Of a DNA stretch of 57,264 nt, positions 50,691 to 57,264 are shown piece after piece. Each line of letters begins with the position of its first letter. The stretch's first letter is position 1. The notes below the pieces were generated by a model that saw only the letters and a list, made by a program, of their open reading frames with translations, was not told the origin of the DNA and did no database searches. A program made the position numbers and the translations under genes. This stretch comes from Methylococcaceae bacterium (GTDB lineage: Bacteria; Pseudomonadota; Gammaproteobacteria; Methylococcales; Methylomonadaceae): NCBI GenBank assembly GCA_050304855.1, contig JBNLEI010000252.1, positions 1-57,264 of the forward strand, in the 5' to 3' direction.

Positions 50691-51755
50691 ATGACAGCAT
50701 TAAAAAACGATATTTTTATAAAAGCCCTTCTCAAACAACCTGTTGACAGAACTCCGATTTGGATGATGAGGCAGGCCGGCAGGTATCTTCCTGAATACAG
50801 AGAGGTTCGGGCAAAGGCCGGCAGTTTTATGAATTTATGCACGAACCCGGAGTTGGCTTGCGAGGTAACCCTACAGCCTTTAGAACGGTTCCGTTTTGAT
50901 GCCGCTATTTTGTTTTCAGATATTTTGACGATTCCGGACGCCATGGGGCTGGGGCTTTACTTCGTAGAAGGCGAAGGCCCGAAGTTTGAACGTCCGATTC
51001 GTACTAAAGCGGATGTCGACAACCTGATTGTGCCGGATCCGACGGTCGAACTGCGTTATGTAACCGATGCCGTCAGTTTAATTAGAAAAAATCTGCACGG
51101 CCGGGTGCCTTTAATCGGTTTTTCAGGAAGTCCTTGGACTTTGGCTACTTATATGGTTGAGGGTGGCAGCAGTAAAAGTTTTCGCAAAGTAAAGGGAATG
51201 ATGTACGAACAGCCTGGCTTAATGCATCAAATGCTAGACAAACTGGCCCACTCGGTAGCCGCTTACCTGAATGCTCAAATTGAGGCGGGCGCTCAGGCTG
51301 TTATGGTATTCGACACTTGGGGCGGGATGTTAAGTTCAGAAGATTATCTCGACTTTTCCTTAAAGTACGCCCGGCAAGTCAGAGAATTATTGAATACCAG
51401 CATAGCAGGACAACAGATACCCACCATTTTCTTTACCAAGGGCGGTGGTTTATGGTTGGAAGCGATGGCGGAGGCCGGATATGACGCGTTGGGTTTAGAT
51501 TGGCAAACGGATATGGCTAATGCCAGGGCCAGAGTAGGCGACAAAGTCGCGCTGCAGGGTAACATGGATCCTATTGCGTTGTACGCTGAGCCGGCGGTGA
51601 TACGCAATAAAGTACAATCAATACTCGAAAAATACGGTTCCGGCTCAGGTCATGTATTCAATTTAGGGCATGGAATCTTGCCGGATGTCAATCCTGAACA
51701 CGTCAAGGCCATGGTTGATGCCGTTCATGAGTTGAGCCCTTCATATCATCGCTGA
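50691..51755 (+). CDS. hemE: uroporphyrinogen decarboxylase
   Basis: [46 protein letters not shown]. Confidence 0.97.
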   Translation: MTALKNDIFIKALLKQPVDRTPIWMMRQAGRYLPEYREVRAKAGSFMNLCTNPELACEVTLQPLERFRFDAAILFSDILTIPDAMGLGLYFVEGEGPKFERPIRTKADVDNLIVPDPTVELRYVTDAVSLIRKNLHGRVPLIGFSGSPWTLATYMVEGGSSKSFRKVKGMMYEQPGLMHQMLDKLAHSVAAYLNAQIEAGAQAVMVFDTWGGMLSSEDYLDFSLKYARQVRELLNTSIAGQQIPTIFFTKGGGLWLEAMAEAGYDALGLDWQTDMANARARVGDKVALQGNMDPIALYAEPAVIRNKVQSILEKYGSGSGHVFNLGHGILPDVNPEHVKAMVDAVHELSPSYHR

Positions 51756-51757
51756 AG

Positions 51758-53230
51758 ATGCTGGCAAAAAAGGCGGGTTTGATATCCGGTATTGTAATTC
51801 CGGGTCTGATATTATGGTTTGCAGATTTTGCTCCTAACTCGCAAATAACAGCAATGGCGGCAATTGCCGTGATGATGTCTATTTTTTGGTTGACCGAAGC
51901 AATTCCTCTGGCGGCGACTGCGTTGTTGCCTTTGGTTTTTTTTCCTATATTGGGCGTCGCATCCAGTAAAGCGACAGCCAGCCAATATATGAACTCCACC
52001 GTTTTTTTGTTGATCGGAGGATTCATGATCGCGTTAGCCATGCAAAAATGGAATTTGCATAAAAGAATCGCGATAAATATTCTAGTTTTCTCGGGAAAAA
52101 GGCCTTTTTCTTTGGTGTCAGGTTTTATGGTTGCTACGGCAAGCCTATCCATGTGGATTTCAAATACTGCCACTACACTTGTTATATTGCCGATTGCGAT
52201 GGCTGTGATTGTCCGTTGTCAGGACATTCTTCCGCAACCTTGGGTTCGGCAGTTTAGTATCGGTTTATTGCTATCGATCGCTTATTCGGCCTCAATCGGG
52301 GGTATGATGACTTTAGTAGGGTCGGCTCCGAATCTGGTTTTTGCACGTGCTTACCAATTGGCTGCAGGAGATTCGATCGGTTTTCTGCAATGGATGATTA
52401 TCGCCTTGCCGATCGGTTTACTGCTGTTATTACTGTTGGCGTTAATTATTTATGTCGTCTATCTGCATTCAATTCCCCGTTTTGAGGGACTGGTTGAATT
52501 TCTGAGAGAAGAAAAACGGCAGCTGGGACCGATTAGTTTTGCGGAGCGGGTGGTGATTTTTATATTTGTGATGACGGCCGGCTTGTGGATCAGTAGAAAA
52601 GGAATTGAGATCGGCTCCTTTGTTCTACCGGGGTGGGCTCAATTTTTGCCTTTCGGCGATCTAATCGATGACGGTAGTATCGCTATTTCGATGGCGGTGA
52701 TTTTGTTTTTTATTCCCGCCAAACCGTCGTTTCGTACTGGTGGAAACACGATTCTCGATGAAAAGGTCTTTACCCAATTACCTTGGGCTGTTGTTGTCTT
52801 ATTTGGCGGTGGGTTCGCGTTGGCTTTCGGTTTTAGCGAAAGTGGTTTGTCGGTTTATTTGGCGGAGCAATTAACAGGGATGAAAGGTTTTTTATTGTTT
52901 GACTTGGTATTGGCGGTGACAGCAGGAATGAGTCTTTTGACGGAATTGACATCCAATACGGCGACCTCTCAACTCGTAATGCCTATCTTGGCCAGTACTT
53001 CGAAAGCCATTGGGTTTTCTCCAGCATGGTTGATGTTGCCTGCGGTATTAGCTTCGTCATGTGCATTTATGTTTCCAGTTGCGACGCCGCCGAATGCCAT
53101 TATTTTTGGGACTGGGCAACTTAAAGTGACTGAAATGATGAAAGTTGGATTTATTCTAAATTGTATGGCCATAGTCATAATCAGCGGCTTAAGTTATTTT
53201 TTGATTCCTGTTGGGTTGTTGAGTCAGTAA
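51758..53230 (+). CDS. SLC13/DASS Na+-coupled dicarboxylate or sulfate symporter
   Basis: TEAIPL..TALLP, two SNT motifs (SMWISNTAT, ELTSNTAT), GSAPN, PVATPPNAI. Confidence 0.9.
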   Translation: MLAKKAGLISGIVIPGLILWFADFAPNSQITAMAAIAVMMSIFWLTEAIPLAATALLPLVFFPILGVASSKATASQYMNSTVFLLIGGFMIALAMQKWNLHKRIAINILVFSGKRPFSLVSGFMVATASLSMWISNTATTLVILPIAMAVIVRCQDILPQPWVRQFSIGLLLSIAYSASIGGMMTLVGSAPNLVFARAYQLAAGDSIGFLQWMIIALPIGLLLLLLLALIIYVVYLHSIPRFEGLVEFLREEKRQLGPISFAERVVIFIFVMTAGLWISRKGIEIGSFVLPGWAQFLPFGDLIDDGSIAISMAVILFFIPAKPSFRTGGNTILDEKVFTQLPWAVVVLFGGGFALAFGFSESGLSVYLAEQLTGMKGFLLFDLVLAVTAGMSLLTELTSNTATSQLVMPILASTSKAIGFSPAWLMLPAVLASSCAFMFPVATPPNAIIFGTGQLKVTEMMKVGFILNCMAIVIISGLSYFLIPVGLLSQ

Positions 53231-53231
53231 C

Positions 53232-53651
53232 ATGTGGATTCAGAGAAATATCAAAATTCCGGCTATGAGTCGCGGTTTTCATTTGATTACCAGGCAAGTG
53301 ATCAATGAGATACCTGAATTGACTCAAATACAGATTGGATTGGCTCATTTGTTTATTCAGCATACATCCGCTTCATTAGCGATTAATGAAAATGCCGATC
53401 CTGACGTCAGGCATGACATGGAGGGGTATTTTTCCGAAGCGGTGCCTGAAAATGAGCCTTATTTTTTGCATACGCTGGAAGGCGACGATGATATGCCTGC
53501 GCATATCAAATCGGTGTTGATAGGGGCGGAGTTGACCATTCCGATTGCAGAGGGTCGATTGGCATTGGGATTGTGGCAAGGTATTTATTTATGCGAACAT
53601 CGTGATCGAGCCGGTGGTCGAACTATAATCGTGACGTTGAATGGCGAATAA
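53232..53651 (+). CDS. yjbQ: YjbQ/UPF0047 family protein
   Basis: RGFHLIT, HTSASL.INENADPDV, EGDDDMPAHIKS, LGLWQGIYLCEH. Confidence 0.92.
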   Translation: MWIQRNIKIPAMSRGFHLITRQVINEIPELTQIQIGLAHLFIQHTSASLAINENADPDVRHDMEGYFSEAVPENEPYFLHTLEGDDDMPAHIKSVLIGAELTIPIAEGRLALGLWQGIYLCEHRDRAGGRTIIVTLNGE

Positions 53652-53666
53652 CGAGGAAATTTAGTA

Positions 53667-54134
53667 ATGAAAATGTTTAAAATCTTTTTGATTTCAATAA
53701 TGTTACTTTTTAGCTTTACTGTAAGCTCCGAACAGGTCGAGAGAGGCTCTGAGAACTTAGAAATCGTAGTTTATCGAAGCCCGACTTGCGGTTGTTGCGG
53801 TAAATGGGTAAAGCATTTGCAAGACAATCAATTTAATATTGAAGATATCGTTACCGATGATATGTCCTCGATCAAAGAAAAATTAGGAGTGCCCGGCAAT
53901 TTGGCGTCGTGTCATACAGCAATTGTCGATGGTTACGTGATTGAAGGGCATGTGCCAGCAAGAGATATCAAGCGATTATTGAAAATCAAGCCGAAGGTAG
54001 TCGGGCTGTCCGTTCCGGGGATGCCGGCCGGAACACCGGGTATGGAAATGGGGGGGAGAAAAGATCCTTATCAGGTAATTTCCTTCGATAAAGAAGGAAA
54101 TTATCAAGTGTTTAGCAGTTATGAGGCGGAATGA
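53667..54134 (+). CDS. copG: DUF411/CopG family periplasmic copper protein
   Basis: Signal peptide, YRSPTCGCC..W..HL, SCHTA...GY.IEGHVP, GL.VPGMP.G.PGME. Confidence 0.87.
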   Translation: MKMFKIFLISIMLLFSFTVSSEQVERGSENLEIVVYRSPTCGCCGKWVKHLQDNQFNIEDIVTDDMSSIKEKLGVPGNLASCHTAIVDGYVIEGHVPARDIKRLLKIKPKVVGLSVPGMPAGTPGMEMGGRKDPYQVISFDKEGNYQVFSSYEAE

Positions 54135-55111
54135 TGATATTGGCTGGTGACATCGGAGGCACCAAAACTTTGTTGGCGCTGTTTGATGCAACAGGGCAAT
54201 GCGTCAAGAAGCAAAATATAGTCAGTGCCGATTTTAAAAAATTCGATGACTTATTGTCATCGTTTTTGGAGGATGGACATAGAGACGTTATCCGCAATGT
54301 TTGCTTAGGAGTGGCCGGACCGATTGTCAACGGGGATTGTAATGCGACTAATTTACCTTGGAGTATAAATAGGCAAACTATCTCTGATATAACTGGCTCG
54401 GATAGAGTGCGTTTGTTAAATGACCTTGAAGCGACAGCCTGGGGCGTGTTGAGTTTGCCTGCCGAAGCTTTTTTCGAGCTTAATTCCGAAGCTCAAAGCA
54501 ATCGGGGTAATATTGCGGTTCTAGCAGCCGGGACTGGCTTGGGCGAAGCAATCATTAGTTGGAACGGGTGCAAACATCATGTTATATCGACCGAAGGCGG
54601 CCATACTGATTTTGCGCCTCAGGATGCTTTGGAAATTGAATTGCTCCGGTTTTTGATGGAGAGATATTCCGGCCATGTCAGCTATGAGCGGGTAGTTTCC
54701 GGAATGGGTCTGCAAAATATTTATGAATTCTTAAAAGCAATTGGTTATTGTCCTCATCAAGATGAAACCGAGGAACTGGTTATACAAAAAGGAGCCGGAG
54801 CGGCAATCAGTCAGATGGCTAATGAAGGTAAAGATGAGCTGTGTATTAAGGCGATGCAATTGTTTTGTCGGATTTATGGGGCGGAGGCCGGGAATTTGGC
54901 TTTAAAAACGTTGGCTTACGGAGGTGTAATACTGGCGGGGGGGATTGCACCTAAAAATCTGAGTTTATTTCAACAAGGCGAATTTATGGACGGGTTTGTC
55001 AATAAAGGCCGATATCGTGAATTGTTGCGGACATTATCGGTCAGAATTTGTCTGAACCCCGAAGCGGCGCTGCTTGGTGCTGCCAATTATGCCATTACAT
55101 CAGACGGATAA
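54131..55111 (+). CDS. glk: glucokinase
   Basis: LAGDIGGTKT, GVAGP, TNLPW, LLNDLEA, GTGLG, EGGH.DFAP, GGIAPK. Confidence 0.94.
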   Translation: MMILAGDIGGTKTLLALFDATGQCVKKQNIVSADFKKFDDLLSSFLEDGHRDVIRNVCLGVAGPIVNGDCNATNLPWSINRQTISDITGSDRVRLLNDLEATAWGVLSLPAEAFFELNSEAQSNRGNIAVLAAGTGLGEAIISWNGCKHHVISTEGGHTDFAPQDALEIELLRFLMERYSGHVSYERVVSGMGLQNIYEFLKAIGYCPHQDETEELVIQKGAGAAISQMANEGKDELCIKAMQLFCRIYGAEAGNLALKTLAYGGVILAGGIAPKNLSLFQQGEFMDGFVNKGRYRELLRTLSVRICLNPEAALLGAANYAITSDG

Positions 55112-55116
55112 AGATT

Positions 55117-56217
55117 ATGCGTATTGGAGTGCCAAAAGAAATCAAGGACAAAGAAAATAGAGTGGGTATAACCCCAGAAGGGGCGGCCAGATTGCTGCAT
55201 TTAAGGCATGAAGTGATGGTCGAATCCAATGCCGGAATCGGTTCTGGCTTTACGGACGAGCAATATTCGCAAGCCGGCGCTAAGGTCGTTTCTGCCTCTG
55301 AAGCGTGGTCTTCGGATCTAGTAGTTAAAGTGAAAGAGCCTTTACTATCTGAATATCGGTATCTCAATCATCAGATGATATTCACTTTTTTTCATTTGAC
55401 TGGCGTAGACGTGTCTTTAACTGAGGCGTTGTTAAAAGAGCAGGTGACTGCTATAGCCTATGAAACCTTGGAAGATTCTCAAGGAAGATTGCCAATTTTA
55501 GCGCCAATGAGCGCAGTTGCGGGAAATATGGCGGTGTTGATGGGGAGCTACTACTTGGCGTCATTTAATCGTGGGCGGGGTGTCCAATTAGCCACGGTTT
55601 TGGGAAAAAGTAGTGGTAAGGTCTTGATTATTGGTGATGGTGTGGTCGGAAGGCATGCCGCCAAAGTGGCCGTAGCCATGGGGGCAACGGTTTATATGGC
55701 TGGGCTCAATGATATCAAATTCAATCAGTTAAAGTCGGAAGTCTCAGGTGATCTGCAGTTTTTATATTCCACCGAAGAGAATCTGCGGTCGTGTATTCAA
55801 GAGGTCGATTTAGCGGTGGGGGCTGTATTGTTACCAGGTGCGAAAGCTCCGAAGGTTGTCTCCGAAGCAATGGTGGAATCAATGCTGCCTGGATCGGTTG
55901 TGGTTGATGTGTGTATCGATCAGGGGGGGTGTTTTGAGACATCAAGACCCACTACGCATTCGGATCCGGTCTTTACGGTGCACGATGTATTGCACTATTG
56001 TGTCAGCAATATGCCGGGAGCTTATCCACGAACATCGACTATCGCTTTAACCAATGAAACGATTAGGTATGTGGAAAAAATTGCCTCGCATTCAATTGAG
56101 GATTTATTGGAAGATCGAGGATTGGCAAAAGCCATTAACACCTATAAAGGTAAAATCACCAGCGAGAAAATTGCTCAAGATCTAGGAATGACACAGTACT
56201 ATCGAAGCTTGCTTTAA
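55117..56217 (+). CDS. ald: alanine dehydrogenase
   Basis: MRIGVPKEIK.KENRV, KVKEP, FFHL, AYET, PMSAVAG, IDQGGCFETS.PTTH, YCVSNMPGA. Confidence 0.93.
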   Translation: MRIGVPKEIKDKENRVGITPEGAARLLHLRHEVMVESNAGIGSGFTDEQYSQAGAKVVSASEAWSSDLVVKVKEPLLSEYRYLNHQMIFTFFHLTGVDVSLTEALLKEQVTAIAYETLEDSQGRLPILAPMSAVAGNMAVLMGSYYLASFNRGRGVQLATVLGKSSGKVLIIGDGVVGRHAAKVAVAMGATVYMAGLNDIKFNQLKSEVSGDLQFLYSTEENLRSCIQEVDLAVGAVLLPGAKAPKVVSEAMVESMLPGSVVVDVCIDQGGCFETSRPTTHSDPVFTVHDVLHYCVSNMPGAYPRTSTIALTNETIRYVEKIASHSIEDLLEDRGLAKAINTYKGKITSEKIAQDLGMTQYYRSLL

Positions 56218-56305
56218 TTTGGAAACCTGTTTTACGCTAACTAGGATGAAGTGAATGGTTAGTAGTTTGTTGAACGAGAGCAAATTTTACTGGCGGGGGA
56301 AATTG

Positions 56306-56338
56306 GGGAGGGTTGTTGTTCACCCCTCCCTTTGTTTT
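56306..56338 (+). terminator. intrinsic terminator after ald
   Basis: GGGAGGG...CCCTCCC stem followed by TTTGTTTT. Confidence 0.7.
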
Positions 56339-56777
56339 ATAAATTATCCAAACCGCTGATGCCGTCGACAGACCAGTTTTCGCTGTTGGTTGCTCCGGAT
56401 TGGTCTTCGCCGTTTTTGTATTTTATTCGGCATACATATCGACGTGTAAAAGACTGGCCATCTTCAGGAGTTAGGTCAATATCAGCGTTTATAACATATT
56501 GGTAATTGCCGATATGCCAGGCATTGATTGGCTGGCTGGTAAATGACGCGGCGAAATCAGAACCCAGATCTTTGGCGATATATAAGTTGCATTGCTCGAA
56601 TGCGTATCCGGTCATATCAGTGGTAACAGTGTTAAGGATAGCTTCGTCCCCGCTATCTTCTAGAAACAGGTCGGATGAAACGACGTCATAGACGAGAGGC
56701 ATAACAACTTTAACTTGCAGTGCGATCAGACCTATTAGGCAAACAACAAATAAGAAAAATTTATATTTAAAGTTCAT
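56337..56777 (-). CDS. hypothetical membrane-anchored exported protein, divergent from pmoC
   Basis: 146 aa; basic N-terminus plus hydrophobic helix, then an acidic domain with two Cys; fills the gap between the ald terminator and the pmo promoter. Confidence 0.8.
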   Translation of the reverse strand: MNFKYKFFLFVVCLIGLIALQVKVVMPLVYDVVSSDLFLEDSGDEAILNTVTTDMTGYAFEQCNLYIAKDLGSDFAASFTSQPINAWHIGNYQYVINADIDLTPEDGQSFTRRYVCRIKYKNGEDQSGATNSENWSVDGISGLDNL

Positions 56778-56999
56778 AACGTTAATAAAATGAAATTGTA
56801 GGAATACAGAAAAATAGATTCGATAAAAACAAAAGAAGGCACGGTCGATGACGAGGTATATTTGCCACCGTCAATGTAAGTAAGGCAGGATTTTATCGAA
56901 AAAAAAGCCCTTTGCAATCGGTTATTTTACGAATGGTACCAAAACCGGATAGGCAATAAAAAGGAAATCAGTTGTTTATAGTCTATATGAAAATTGACG

Positions 57000-57048
57000 A
57001 AGAAAAAAAAAGTATTTGTCTTGACATAGCCTGCCGAACTGGTAGACT
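57000..57048 (+). promoter_or_regulatory. sigma70 promoter of the pmo operon with A-tract UP element
   Basis: A-rich tract, perfect TTGACA (57021-57026), 16 nt spacer, TG-G-TAGACT extended -10 (57040-57048). Confidence 0.8.
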
Positions 57049-57171
57049 CTCTAACACCATTATGGAGGAAGTGGCGCTGCTTGCATGATGATTGTGTAAG
57101 CGGGGTGTAAAAGGATTTAAACTAGAACTCCCGGTGTCACCGGGGATTATATAATCTTTTAGGAGGTAGAA

Positions 57172-57264
57172 ATGGCTGCTACAACTGAGTCAGTTAAGGC
57201 TGATGCTGCGGAAGCACCGCTTTTAAACAAAAAAAACCTGACACTCGGCATCTTGCTGTATCTG
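57172..57264 (+). CDS. pmoC: particulate methane monooxygenase subunit C, 5' fragment (runs off window)
   Basis: MAATTESVKADAAEAPLLNKKNLTLGILLYL matches the N-terminus of type I methanotroph PmoC as I recall it; strong SD AGGAGG at 57161-57166; not in the ORF track. Confidence 0.88.
   Translation, partial: MAATTESVKADAAEAPLLNKKNLTLGILLYL

Noticed and set aside
1414-56217. Many 60-160 aa antisense or alternate-frame ORFs inside core genes (e.g. 18891-19367, 15134-15586, 51703-52173)
   Set aside because: They overlap well-identified conserved genes and show typical shadow-ORF composition.
56820-56990. sigma54 promoter for pmoC (AGGCACGGTCGATGA and similar)
   Set aside because: The -12 GC is not at the required GG-N10-GC spacing; the sigma70 promoter is a much better match.
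56987-57088. 33-aa ORF with CxxxxC (MKIDEEKKSICLDIAC...) upstream of pmoC
   Set aside because: It spans the -35/-10 boxes and lacks a properly spaced SD; its sequence is dictated by the promoter.
1-57264. CRISPR arrays, tRNA/rRNA genes, IS elements, prophage or defence systems
   Set aside because: No regularly spaced repeats, cloverleafs, transposase, integrase or phage-like ORFs were seen; nearly all coding space is explained by recognisable genes.

Overview
Mostly core chromosome of a gammaproteobacterial (Methylococcales-like, probably salt-adapted) methanotroph. The window opens inside the RNase P RNA gene (rnpB), which has an unusually long P12 hairpin. About 1 kb of non-coding DNA follows, then a complete dcw cluster (mraZ-rsmH-ftsL-ftsI-murEF-mraY-murD-ftsW-murGCB-ddl-ftsQAZ-lpxC) and dciA. 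Next come a group 3d NAD-coupled [NiFe]-hydrogenase operon (hoxFUYHW), an orphan DsrH/TusB gene, gpsA-secB-rhodanese-ArsR, a heavily decayed gpmI relic that the ORF track misses, envC-ctpA, cysI-DUF934, nhaD-ampG, xth, rpmE-gltA, mrcA, pilMNOPQ-aroK-aroB-AAA/SPOR, and a tightly coupled hemE-SLC13-yjbQ-copG(DUF411)-glk-ald unit. The window ends with a membrane-anchored hypothetical gene divergent from a strong sigma70 promoter and the first 31 codons of pmoC (particulate methane monooxygenase). I found no CRISPR array, tRNA, rRNA, transposase or prophage. The best leads are the pmoC-flanking region (divergent unknown gene, CopG, structured leader), the RNase P P12 extension and the gpmI relic. 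All family calls come from motif recognition by eye, without database searches.
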